Under the pieces are notes generated by a model. The model saw nothing but the letters and a program-made list of their open reading frames with translations. It was not told where the DNA came from and made no database searches. From NCBI GenBank assembly GCA_030153785.1, contig JASKLF010000006.1, positions 32,001 through 96,000 of the forward strand: a stretch of 64,000 bases of DNA, given 5' to 3'. The position numbers were made by a program, and so were the translations under genes. Within the stretch, counting starts at the first letter, position 1, and every line of letters begins with the position of its first letter. The DNA is from a bacterium (GTDB taxonomy: Bacteria; Synergistota; GBS-1). Of this stretch, positions 20,385 through 30,197 are shown piece by piece.

Positions 20385-22361
20385 ATGAAACTTGTATTTG
20401 GGGTTCACGCACACCAACCTGTAGGAAATCCTGATGAAATCATAGAGAAAGCCTTTGATAAATGTTATATGCCTTTTTTAGAAACCCTTGCAAATTTCCC
20501 AAGGGTAAAGATTGCCTTCCATATTAGCGGTCACCTAATGGAATGGGCACTGGAGAAAAGGGAACACTTTATAGAGCTCTTAAAAGAGCTTCATAAAAGA
20601 GGGAATGTAGAACTTCTAGGAGGGGGGCTTTATGAGCCTATACTATCTTCCATTCCAAAAGAGGACGCAATTGATCAACTAAAACTATTCTCAGAATTTA
20701 TAGAAAGCGTCTTTGGAGAAAGGCCAAAAGGAGCTTGGCTTACAGAGCGAGTATGGGACTCCTTCATACCTTCAATATTTAAGGAGGCAGGCATAACCTA
20801 CACATTTGTTGATGACTACCACTTTTTATGCACAGGTCTCGACGAAGAAAATCTAAACGGATTTTACCATACGGAACATGAAGGATATAAACTCTATCTA
20901 TTCCCTACTAACCAAAAATTGAGATATCTGATCCCATTCAGAAGCACATCTTCCGTTAGCCAATTTCTAAGGGCTTTAAATGGGCCAGGTATAATATTTG
21001 ACGATTATGAAAAATTTGGTCTCTGGCCAGAAACCTATGAATGGGTATATGAAAAGGGATGGTTAAAAGAGTTCTTCAATATAATAAACCAGGGAGAGAT
21101 AACAACACTTCTACCTTCGGAACTTTTAGATCAAGGAAACTCTTTAGGTTTGGTATATCTCCCTACTGTAAGCTATTTCGAAATGGGCGAATGGTCCCTA
21201 CCAGCAAAGAAGGCTTTTCTATTTAAAGAGTTTACAACTTTCCTTGAAAAAGAAAATCTACTTCAAAAATATAAGGGACTGGTAAGAGGGGGACAGTGGA
21301 AAAACTTTTTTATAAAATACCCCGAGTCAAACTACATGCAAAAGAAAATGATTTTTATAAGCAAGAGGATCAGGGAATTGCCAGAAGGACCTAGCAAAGA
21401 AAAAGCCAAAAGATGCCTCTACCGAGCTCAATGTAACGATGCCTATTGGCATGGAATATTTGGAGGAATTTACTTTCCTCACCTAAGAGAAAGCATCTTT
21501 AAAGAGCTTTCACGGGCAGAAAGTTTACTTTTTGGGAACAGGACAGAAGTATTTATAGAAGACATTGATTTGGATGATTCGAAGGAAATATACATATATA
21601 CGCCCCAGCTAACATGTATAATTAAACCCAATCTTGGAGGTTCGATAAGAGAGCTAACCTTTCACCCTAACCACATAAATCTGGTAAACACTCTTTCGAG
21701 AAAAAAAGAACATTACCACATGATTCAAAGAGCACAAAACAACGCTAAAAGGGAAGAAAACAGCATCTCCACCATTCACGAAAGGATTTATAAGCTCGAT
21801 ACCAATTCTATTGAGTTTGACCTCCATGAACGCACCTTTGGATATGAGGAAGTGAGCTTTGACGGAGGAAAAACATGGGTAAGTCTTATAAGTGAAAAAT
21901 TTGAGATAGAATCAATTGAAGGCCTTTCCTTCACATTAAGAAAAGAGATCGCAGTTTCATCTAAAAAAGAAGTAGCCTTCAGAAAGAAAATAGAATTGGT
22001 TGACAACTTTTTAAAGATAATGTATCCTTTAATTGGGGAAACACCACTCGATCTAAGGGTTTTTCTTAATATTAAATTAACTTCCATAGACTTCACCTCT
22101 TTAAAGATAGACAGGAAAGCTTTACAAGTTAAGGAAGAAAATCTATCGGAAGGAAATGAAATAGAAATAGAGGATAAGATATCCAAAACAAAGCTTCTCA
22201 TTAAAGCAAATCAGTATAGTAAGATATCAATTAAACAAATTTATACCTTTTCCCAAACGGAAGAGGGATATGACAGGATATACCAAGCCACAGAAATCGC
22301 TCTAACCCCCCTTGAGCTGAAAGAAGCGTTTTCTATCCTCTTTAAGGTAGAAAAGAGTTAA
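20385..22361 (+). CDS. GH57 4-alpha-glucanotransferase/alpha-amylase
   Basis: HAHQPVGN, WLTERVW, DDYEKFG and YWHGIFGG motifs. Confidence 0.9.
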   Translation: MKLVFGVHAHQPVGNPDEIIEKAFDKCYMPFLETLANFPRVKIAFHISGHLMEWALEKREHFIELLKELHKRGNVELLGGGLYEPILSSIPKEDAIDQLKLFSEFIESVFGERPKGAWLTERVWDSFIPSIFKEAGITYTFVDDYHFLCTGLDEENLNGFYHTEHEGYKLYLFPTNQKLRYLIPFRSTSSVSQFLRALNGPGIIFDDYEKFGLWPETYEWVYEKGWLKEFFNIINQGEITTLLPSELLDQGNSLGLVYLPTVSYFEMGEWSLPAKKAFLFKEFTTFLEKENLLQKYKGLVRGGQWKNFFIKYPESNYMQKKMIFISKRIRELPEGPSKEKAKRCLYRAQCNDAYWHGIFGGIYFPHLRESIFKELSRAESLLFGNRTEVFIEDIDLDDSKEIYIYTPQLTCIIKPNLGGSIRELTFHPNHINLVNTLSRKKEHYHMIQRAQNNAKREENSISTIHERIYKLDTNSIEFDLHERTFGYEEVSFDGGKTWVSLISEKFEIESIEGLSFTLRKEIAVSSKKEVAFRKKIELVDNFLKIMYPLIGETPLDLRVFLNIKLTSIDFTSLKIDRKALQVKEENLSEGNEIEIEDKISKTKLLIKANQYSKISIKQIYTFSQTEEGYDRIYQATEIALTPLELKEAFSILFKVEKS

Positions 22362-22375
22362 AAAGGGGTGGTTTT

Positions 22376-24088
22376 ATGAAAAGAGGTTTCTTTCACTTAG
22401 CCCTTCATGGTCACGTGCCCTACGTAGTAAATCACGGCACTTGGCCACATGGTGAAGTTTGGCTTCAAGAGGCAGCATGGGAAACTTACATACCATTGAT
22501 TAAAACCTTAACGGAATGTAGAAATCAAAACCATAAAGCAAAGTTGACCCTCAACCTGTCTCCCATTTTGCTTGAACAGCTATCAAATCCTACTTTTATC
22601 AAAAACTTAGAAGCCTATATAGAAGACCAAATCAGGTATGCAAGGAAAGAAGAAGAGGAATACAAAACAAAAGAACCAAAGAGATCTGAGTTGGCTAAGT
22701 ATTGGGTCTCCGTGCTTGAGGATAGGAAGAGTTTTTTTGAAAACATTAGCGGAGATATCGTTAGTGCCTTCAGGAAGCTTGTTGAAGAAGAGACGATCGA
22801 GATAATTTCCTGCGCAGCTACTCATGGATACCTCCCTCTTTTAGGATATGATGAATGCGTAGAAGCCCAAATAAAAATTGGTATAACGACGTCTAAAAAA
22901 TACTTTAACAACACTGAAATAAAAGGATTCTGGCTACCTGAATGCGCCTATAGATCTTCATACCAATGGACTAATCCTTTAACGGGAGAATCATTCTTCA
23001 GAAAGGGTCTCGAGATGATCCTAAACGACAATGAAGTTAGCTTCTCATACACAGACTATCATCTGCTTGTAGGACAAGAAAAGGTAGGAACAGTTAAATC
23101 TCCCTATGAGACCAAAGAATGGAAGGATTCTAAAGAAAGAAGGAAGATAAGCGAAAATAATGAATATGCTCAAAAGGTACTTCCTTTAAAACCCTATTAT
23201 TGTGTCTCTCCCGGCTATGAGAAAGGAATTATCTTCCTTGTGAGAGATCCTATAGGAACAGCAAGGGTCTGGAGCCGTGACATGGGTTTCCCGGGAAACG
23301 GAAGATATCTCGAATTTCACAAAAGGGCCTTTCCCGGCGGACACAGATTTTGGAGAGTAACCGACAGAAAGCTTGGTTTAGGTGCAAAAGAATACTATGA
23401 GCCCCAAAAAGCGATTGAAGCGATAAACGAGCACGCTGAGGCATTTGTAAACATGCTAAAAGGTAGATTAAGGGAAGCTACTTCCGACACAGATATTCCT
23501 CCTATCTTCGTTGAAGTCTTTGACGCAGAGCTTTTCGGACACTGGTGGTATGAAGGAACTTTATGGCTGAAGGAAATCTTTAAACTTATGGATCTTAACG
23601 AAGAAATTAAACCCATATTCGGAAGGGAGGTTCCCAAAGTATATGAAAAATTAGAAATAACACACCTATGGGAAGGGTCATGGGGTGCAGGAGGAGACCA
23701 CAGAATTTGGTTTAACGAAGAAACAAAATGGATGTGGAAAAAGATATATGAATGCGAAAGAAAAATGGTCTATGAATTATCAACCATGGAACCTAAAAGT
23801 GACCTCCACCTATTGGCACTAAACCAAGCTGCTAAGGAACTCCTGCTTTTAGAAGCATCCGACTGGGAATTTCTATATACGACGTGGCAAGCTCGCGATT
23901 ATGCAGAACAAAGGTTTGAAAGACACTACGAATTCTTTCAAAAAGCTTATACTATATCGAAGCTTATAAATGAGGGCTTGTCACTTGAAGGAAGGGACAA
24001 AGATATTGAGACTCTCCAAAAGATAGCTACAACCGATAATATATTTACAGGGGTGGAATATAGATTTTGGAAACCCAAAGAGCAATAG
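22376..24088 (+). CDS. GH57 1,4-alpha-glucan branching enzyme
   Basis: LHGHVPYV, WLPECAY, FDAELFGHWWYEG and ASDWEF motifs. Confidence 0.9.
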   Translation: MKRGFFHLALHGHVPYVVNHGTWPHGEVWLQEAAWETYIPLIKTLTECRNQNHKAKLTLNLSPILLEQLSNPTFIKNLEAYIEDQIRYARKEEEEYKTKEPKRSELAKYWVSVLEDRKSFFENISGDIVSAFRKLVEEETIEIISCAATHGYLPLLGYDECVEAQIKIGITTSKKYFNNTEIKGFWLPECAYRSSYQWTNPLTGESFFRKGLEMILNDNEVSFSYTDYHLLVGQEKVGTVKSPYETKEWKDSKERRKISENNEYAQKVLPLKPYYCVSPGYEKGIIFLVRDPIGTARVWSRDMGFPGNGRYLEFHKRAFPGGHRFWRVTDRKLGLGAKEYYEPQKAIEAINEHAEAFVNMLKGRLREATSDTDIPPIFVEVFDAELFGHWWYEGTLWLKEIFKLMDLNEEIKPIFGREVPKVYEKLEITHLWEGSWGAGGDHRIWFNEETKWMWKKIYECERKMVYELSTMEPKSDLHLLALNQAAKELLLLEASDWEFLYTTWQARDYAEQRFERHYEFFQKAYTISKLINEGLSLEGRDKDIETLQKIATTDNIFTGVEYRFWKPKEQ

Positions 24089-25536
24089 AAATACTACACG
24101 TCTGTTCAGAAATCCATCCTCTAAATAAAGTAGGAGGATTGGGAGATGTTACATATGAACTCCCCAAAGCCATAAATGGGAGCGGTGAGGGAAAGTGTGT
24201 AGTGATAGCCCCACTTAACAAACCAGCAAAAACCAACATCGAAAAACTTTCCCTTGAAATTGAAAAAATAGGTGAAGTATGTGTACCACTCAATTGGAGG
24301 TGTTATAAGCTACCTATCTTTAAACTCTCGTTGGACGAAAAGCTCAACATATACCTCATCGGAGGAGATATTATAGAAAATAGTCCTCCTTACCCGGAAA
24401 AGGAGGAGGTTTCATATAAACTATCTTTTCCCCTTCTGTGTCTTGGAGCCATAGAAGGAATAAAAGAGAGGTTATTCGAGATAACTCCACATCTAATTCA
24501 TGTTCATGATTGGCCCACCTCATTAATCCCCATCTTCAAGTACTTTCATAGATACTATAGGGAAATCCCCATGCCCCCAACGATTCTATCCATTCACAAC
24601 ATCGCCCATCAAGGTATTTACGAACCCGAAGTTATAGACCAATGGTACCTACTTTCAACATCCTTTGATATAAGCTACCTTGAATTTTGGGGAAAAGTGA
24701 ATCTATTAAAGGGCGGGATTATCCTCTCAGATGCTATAGTAACCGTTAGCCAATCTTATGCTGAAGAAATTCAAAAACCTGAATATGGCTTCGGGTTAGA
24801 TGGAGTAGTTAGAGAACAAACTCACAAGCTATACGGAATAACAAACGGTATAGATGAGGAAAGATGGAATCCTGCTACAGACGAATTTATTCCTTTCAGA
24901 TATGATGATAAAAATATGGAAGGGAAGAAAAGATGTAAAAAGGCATTGCTTAAAGAGCTTGCTCTCGAAGAAAAAACTGAAAAACCACTAATAAGCATGA
25001 TATCGCGAATAGCCTCACAAAAAGGCTTCGATATTTTAATCCCAGCAATCCCAGAAATATTGAAAATGGAAACTCAATTAGTTATATTGGGCAAAGGAGA
25101 CCCTTACTTTTCGAAAGAGCTCGCTACGCTCGAAAGAGGGTATGCTCATTGTTATAGATTTATCAACGACTTTGATGAATCCCTGGCGCGAAGGATATAT
25201 GCTGGTTCGGATATGCTACTTATGCCATCCCTATACGAACCTTGTGGTATAACTCAAATGATAGCTCTCAGATATGGAACGCTTCCTATCGCCAGAAGAG
25301 TGGGAGGATTAAAGGACACGATAAAGGATATAGATGATGATGGATGGGGCTTTCTGTTCGACGAATACAGCCAATCAGCATTAATCGAAGCCGTGAGAAA
25401 GGCCATTAACATCTACAGAAACGAGAAGACCAAATTCAATGAGGCTATCAGAAAAGCTATGCGTCTTGATTTTTCGTGGTCAAGTAGAGCAAAGCTTTAT
25501 TTAGAGGTTTATAGAAAGGTAGCAAAAAAGAGGTGA
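24067..25536 (+). CDS. glgA: Glycogen synthase
   Basis: KVGGLGDV, HVHDW and PSLYEPCG motifs. Confidence 0.94.
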   Translation: METQRAIEILHVCSEIHPLNKVGGLGDVTYELPKAINGSGEGKCVVIAPLNKPAKTNIEKLSLEIEKIGEVCVPLNWRCYKLPIFKLSLDEKLNIYLIGGDIIENSPPYPEKEEVSYKLSFPLLCLGAIEGIKERLFEITPHLIHVHDWPTSLIPIFKYFHRYYREIPMPPTILSIHNIAHQGIYEPEVIDQWYLLSTSFDISYLEFWGKVNLLKGGIILSDAIVTVSQSYAEEIQKPEYGFGLDGVVREQTHKLYGITNGIDEERWNPATDEFIPFRYDDKNMEGKKRCKKALLKELALEEKTEKPLISMISRIASQKGFDILIPAIPEILKMETQLVILGKGDPYFSKELATLERGYAHCYRFINDFDESLARRIYAGSDMLLMPSLYEPCGITQMIALRYGTLPIARRVGGLKDTIKDIDDDGWGFLFDEYSQSALIEAVRKAINIYRNEKTKFNEAIRKAMRLDFSWSSRAKLYLEVYRKVAKKR

Positions 25537-25543
25537 AGATACT

Positions 25544-26827
25544 TTGTTTTATGGGGAATACGGTAAAGTCTTAGCAATGGTTTTAGCCGGTGGGAAAGGA
25601 ACGAGGCTATACCCTTTAACTAAATGCAGAACGAAGCCAGCAGTATATTTCGCAGCAAAGTATAGAATCATTGACTTTGCTCTATCAAACCTCGTGAACT
25701 CCGGTTTCCTCTCCATATATGTGCTTGTTCAATTTAAAAGCCAATCTCTAAACGAACATATATCAAGAGGCTGGCAACTTGGTGGAGCTCTAAGGGATAG
25801 AAACATATTTATATCTACTGTGCCACCCCAAATGTGGACTGGTGAGCATTGGTATAAGGGAACAGCCGATGCTATCTACCAAAATATCCATTTAATAACT
25901 ACCTTCGATGCTGACAGAATAATCATTCTTGCAGCTGACCACGTTTACAAAATGGATGTAAGACAATTCATGGAGTTTCACTTAAAAAACAAGGCAGATA
26001 TAACCATATGCGCCACGGTAGTTCCCAAAGAAGAGGCAAGGTCCTTTGGAGTCATTCAAGTAGACGAAAAAAACAGGGTCATCGGTTTTCACGAAAAGGT
26101 TGCAGACCCTCCTGAAATACCTGGAAAGAAAGGCTTTTGCTTTGCATCTATGGGGAATTACATCTTCGAAAGAGAAGTTATAGAAGAAGTACTACTTGAG
26201 GACGCACATGACCCATTAAGCAGCCATGATTTCGGTAAGGATATATTTCCAAAGGCATACAAGAAATACAAAGTTTATGCTTATGATTTCACCACCAACA
26301 AAATTCCTGGAAATGACAAACCCTATTGGAGGGACGTAGGTACAATTCAATCCTACTGGACAGCTCACATGGATATTCTCCGCCCCGATCCCGAGTTAAA
26401 TCTCTATAACTTTCAATGGCCCATAAAAACGGTAAGCTACGGCGATCCCCCCGCTTACATATATCCAGCAGATGGATATAAACCACTCGTAGTGGAAACT
26501 CTGCAAGCTGAAGGTAGTAGAGTATTAGGAGCAACGGTAATAAGGTCAGTATTGGGAAGAAACTGTATAATTAACCCTGGAGCCAAAGTTGAAGAATGTA
26601 TAATAGGGAAAATGTCTATTATAGGAGAGAAATGTAAATTAAGAAGGGTCATTGTAGATGCGAATGTTTACATACCGCCAAAAACGGTAATAGGATATGA
26701 CTTAGAAGAAGATGCAAATCGCTACTACCTTGACGAAAGTGGAATAGTAGTAGTAGCCATGCCGTCTATCTTCCTCAGGTCAGAGAAGAAATACTACACC
26801 TACGGATGGGAAGAAATCGCCATATAA
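25544..26827 (+). CDS. glgC: Glucose-1-phosphate adenylyltransferase
   Basis: LAGGKGTRL.PLT, GTADA, SMGNY, DFGKD and YWRDVGT motifs. Confidence 0.95.
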   Translation: MFYGEYGKVLAMVLAGGKGTRLYPLTKCRTKPAVYFAAKYRIIDFALSNLVNSGFLSIYVLVQFKSQSLNEHISRGWQLGGALRDRNIFISTVPPQMWTGEHWYKGTADAIYQNIHLITTFDADRIIILAADHVYKMDVRQFMEFHLKNKADITICATVVPKEEARSFGVIQVDEKNRVIGFHEKVADPPEIPGKKGFCFASMGNYIFEREVIEEVLLEDAHDPLSSHDFGKDIFPKAYKKYKVYAYDFTTNKIPGNDKPYWRDVGTIQSYWTAHMDILRPDPELNLYNFQWPIKTVSYGDPPAYIYPADGYKPLVVETLQAEGSRVLGATVIRSVLGRNCIINPGAKVEECIIGKMSIIGEKCKLRRVIVDANVYIPPKTVIGYDLEEDANRYYLDESGIVVVAMPSIFLRSEKKYYTYGWEEIAI

Positions 26828-26843
26828 AGGAGGAAAATATCTC

Positions 26844-28568
26844 TTGAAAGGTGCAAGAGCCATATTAGAAACCCTTAAAGAATATAACGTCAAGCACGTC
26901 TTTGGATTACCAGGGGAAACTTCAATATCCTGGTATTTAGAATGGCAAAACTTTCCAGAGATAAAACATGTACTTACGAGAGATGAAAGAAGCGCGTGCT
27001 TCATGGCTGATGGATACGCCAAGGTAAGCTTTAAGCCTGGCATATGTGAAGCTCCGAGTGTTGGAGCAACCCATGTAATACCTGGGATTGTCGAAGCGAA
27101 CAAGTCATCAACACCTCTAATAGTGATAACAACAGATGTACCCTTGAACGTGGAAAAGAAAAACATGCTAACAGGATTTGACCAAACCCCTCTATTCCAA
27201 TCCATTACTAAGGAGAGTATAATGATCTATAAAGCTTCAGATATACCTTTTGCCTTTAGAAGAGCCTTTAGGTTAGCAACCACAGGCAAAACTGGTCCTG
27301 TCCATTTAAGAATTCCAATGAACATTTTAGAAGAAGACTTCCCAGGCAATAACTTAGAAGTTCAAAGAGAGTTCTCAACTTACCCCAGCCACAGATTCTG
27401 TGCAAACATAGAAGAGATAAGAAAGGCTATAAAGCTTATCCTAAAAAGTGAAAAACCTTTGATAATTTGCGGGCAGGGGGTATTATACTCTTCCGCATGG
27501 GAAGAGGTGCAAAGATTAGCCGAAACACTTGATATACCTGTTGGAACTACAATCTCAGGGAAAGGAAGCTTCCCAGAAACTCACCCTTTATCTATAGGCG
27601 TGGTAGGTATCAGAGGAGGAACTCCTTTATCTAACAAAATAGTAGAGGAATCTGACTTAATCTTTTACATCGGCTGTAATACGGACTATGTTACTACAGA
27701 TGGTTGGGAACTTCCAAGCGCCAATTCAAACAAAAAGATCATACACCTTGACATAAGCGAAACGGAAGTCTCCAACAACTATGTAACTGAAGTAATACTC
27801 ATAGGAGACGCTAAAAGCTCCTTAGGGATGATGCTAAAAACTTTTCAAGAAGAGTTTAATAAGATACAAAGCCAAGCAAGAAAACAATGGGCAGAGGGGG
27901 TTACCAAAAAACTCAAGCTTTACAGAAACGAACTAAAAGAGAAGGCAAGTTTACCTTCTCCTAAAGGACTGAATCCGCTTTCGGCCATAGAAATTCTCAA
28001 CGAAATGCTTAACGAAAGCGTTGTCATGGCTATAGACCCAGGAACAAGCGCAATTTATTCCTCTGCCTTTCTTAAAGCCAAAAAGGCCGGCAGAAGCTTT
28101 CTTTTTAACTTCTCCTTAGGGGCGCTAGGATACGCTATACCCGCTGCCATAGGAGCTTATTACGCAAATCCCGATCTAACAATAATCGCTTTAACAGGAG
28201 ACGGAAGTTTGGGGTTTACTCTTGGAGAGCTAGAAACTATTGCAAGAGAAGAATGTAACATAAAAATAATCTTATTCAAGAACGACAGTTTTGGATGGAT
28301 AAGAGCTACTATGAAACTTTCCTACGGCAATAAGCACTTCTCGACCGAATTTAAGGAAATAGAATATTATAAGGTAGCACAAGCCTTTGGTATAGATTCT
28401 TACAAAGCCGAAACTCCTCATGAATTTAAACTACTGATAGAAAAGGCACTTAAAGTCAAAAAACCCTTCTTTATAGAAATAAATACACCAACTGAGGATG
28501 AACTTGTCCCCCCTGTTCCTTCCTGGCTTAAGAAAGCTAAAGAATTAGGATTACCGTATGTAGTATAA
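26844..28568 (+). CDS. Thiamine-pyrophosphate-dependent enzyme (acetolactate synthase-like family)
   Basis: VFGLPG, RDE..A.FMADG and GDG...N TPP motif; no ilvN/ilvC nearby. Confidence 0.88.
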   Translation: MKGARAILETLKEYNVKHVFGLPGETSISWYLEWQNFPEIKHVLTRDERSACFMADGYAKVSFKPGICEAPSVGATHVIPGIVEANKSSTPLIVITTDVPLNVEKKNMLTGFDQTPLFQSITKESIMIYKASDIPFAFRRAFRLATTGKTGPVHLRIPMNILEEDFPGNNLEVQREFSTYPSHRFCANIEEIRKAIKLILKSEKPLIICGQGVLYSSAWEEVQRLAETLDIPVGTTISGKGSFPETHPLSIGVVGIRGGTPLSNKIVEESDLIFYIGCNTDYVTTDGWELPSANSNKKIIHLDISETEVSNNYVTEVILIGDAKSSLGMMLKTFQEEFNKIQSQARKQWAEGVTKKLKLYRNELKEKASLPSPKGLNPLSAIEILNEMLNESVVMAIDPGTSAIYSSAFLKAKKAGRSFLFNFSLGALGYAIPAAIGAYYANPDLTIIALTGDGSLGFTLGELETIAREECNIKIILFKNDSFGWIRATMKLSYGNKHFSTEFKEIEYYKVAQAFGIDSYKAETPHEFKLLIEKALKVKKPFFIEINTPTEDELVPPVPSWLKKAKELGLPYVV

Positions 28569-28576
28569 TATCCCAC

Positions 28577-29722
28577 ATGAAAAACATAATCACACTAACC
28601 ATAACCATTAACATTCTTGTCTGCTCTCTCTTTTCATGGTACTTCCTCCTTCCGGTATACCTTAAAACCTTGGGAGCCTCAGAGAAAGTAATTAACATCG
28701 CTTACTTTCTCTTTAACCTAACCTTTTATATCGGGCAGATACCGGGCGGGGTATTAAGCGACAAGCTCGGAAGAAAACCGGTAATAGTGGCAACAACACT
28801 TCTTTATGCTCTCTCAGGATATGGCATGTATCTCTCCTCAAACTGGTTAGAAGCTTCCATATTTTATTCCCTGGCCTGTATTTCAAGTTCCGTTCAACTA
28901 CCTGCCATATACGCCATGATATTCGAATCTCAAAAGCGGAGGGGGTTTTCCTTTGGTATGACAAGCTTTTCTTATAACCTCGGAATAGCATTAGGACCAC
29001 TTCTCGGGGCATTCCTTATTAAAAAAGGAAACATCAGAGACCTGCTTCTCTTATACTCCGTAACTGCTCTAATTGTAAGCATCCTTCGCTTGACCTTCCT
29101 GGAAGAAACCCTTTCCCGACAACAAAAACTGAAGGAAAAAGACAAAATTAAAATAGGAAGGCAAGAGCTTCTTATACTTACGGGTGGGATATTTTTCTTT
29201 CTGAGCGTAAGCCTTACCATTAACGGACCTTACATATCTCTCTTTCTAAAAGAAGGGCTTTCTTTATCAGAACAAGAAATAAATCTGACCTTCACAAAAA
29301 TAGGAATCGCAACAGCACTTACATGTTTAGTTCTTGGAAAAATAATAGACTTCGTAGACTCAGCAAAAACATGGGCTATAACATCTTTCCTTCACCCTCT
29401 AACTCTATTCTTATGGAGCTACTACTTTAAATTATCTATGGGAATCCTTATAATATCATGTATATTAGCTGAAGCTGCATACATAGCTCATCCTATACTG
29501 GTTTCCAGAATGTTCCCGAAGGAGCAAAGAGGAAAAGGCTTAGGATTTTTCGGCTTCATAACAGGTAGCATTGGGTCAGTTTCTCCACTGTTGGTAAACC
29601 TATTTGACGACAAAAAGAGTCTATACACACCTTTCGTTCTGGCAACCCTCTTTGGTTTCTTAAGTTTCTGGTTTATAATAAAATCAGGAGGTGGTCTTAA
29701 AAATGAACCGCAGCAAAAGTAG
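28577..29722 (+). CDS. MFS transporter
   Basis: G.LSDKLGRK motif A; about 12 TM segments. Confidence 0.88.
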   Translation: MKNIITLTITINILVCSLFSWYFLLPVYLKTLGASEKVINIAYFLFNLTFYIGQIPGGVLSDKLGRKPVIVATTLLYALSGYGMYLSSNWLEASIFYSLACISSSVQLPAIYAMIFESQKRRGFSFGMTSFSYNLGIALGPLLGAFLIKKGNIRDLLLLYSVTALIVSILRLTFLEETLSRQQKLKEKDKIKIGRQELLILTGGIFFFLSVSLTINGPYISLFLKEGLSLSEQEINLTFTKIGIATALTCLVLGKIIDFVDSAKTWAITSFLHPLTLFLWSYYFKLSMGILIISCILAEAAYIAHPILVSRMFPKEQRGKGLGFFGFITGSIGSVSPLLVNLFDDKKSLYTPFVLATLFGFLSFWFIIKSGGGLKNEPQQK

Positions 29723-30197
29723 AAAAATAGCAATGCTATCCATCTATAGTGCCCTTGTATGTGTTGCCACATTCATTCACGTTCCAATCCCGGGCTACAA
29801 AATATACTTTAATTTAGGAGAAGGAGCTATATACACAATAGCTCTTCTCTTTGGGGGGATTGCTGGAGGCATTGCTGGGGGATTAGGTTCTGCTTTAGCT
29901 GATTTAATCTTGGGCTACCCTTTATGGGCTCCATTTACCCTTATCATAAAAGGAACGGAGGGCTTTGTAGTAGGTAAGATAGGAAGAAAGAACAGAACGT
30001 TGGCTTTAATGATTGGACCTGCAATTATGATAGCAGGATATGCATCCTCTGCCGGGCTTCTCTATGGAATGGGAGCCGTACCAATAGAAGCTTTAACGGA
30101 CATAGTTCAATGTTCTGTAGGAGTTCTAGTAGCTATCCCTCTTGTAAGAGTTCTACATAAAAGTGCCTTAGAAGAGAAGTTCAACCCTCATCTATGA
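29703..30197 (+). CDS. ECF transporter S component
   Basis: YFNLGE and GLGSALADLILGY..WAPFT.IIKG motifs; ATG 29703 after SD AGGAGG. Confidence 0.85.
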   Translation: MNRSKSRKIAMLSIYSALVCVATFIHVPIPGYKIYFNLGEGAIYTIALLFGGIAGGIAGGLGSALADLILGYPLWAPFTLIIKGTEGFVVGKIGRKNRTLALMIGPAIMIAGYASSAGLLYGMGAVPIEALTDIVQCSVGVLVAIPLVRVLHKSALEEKFNPHL

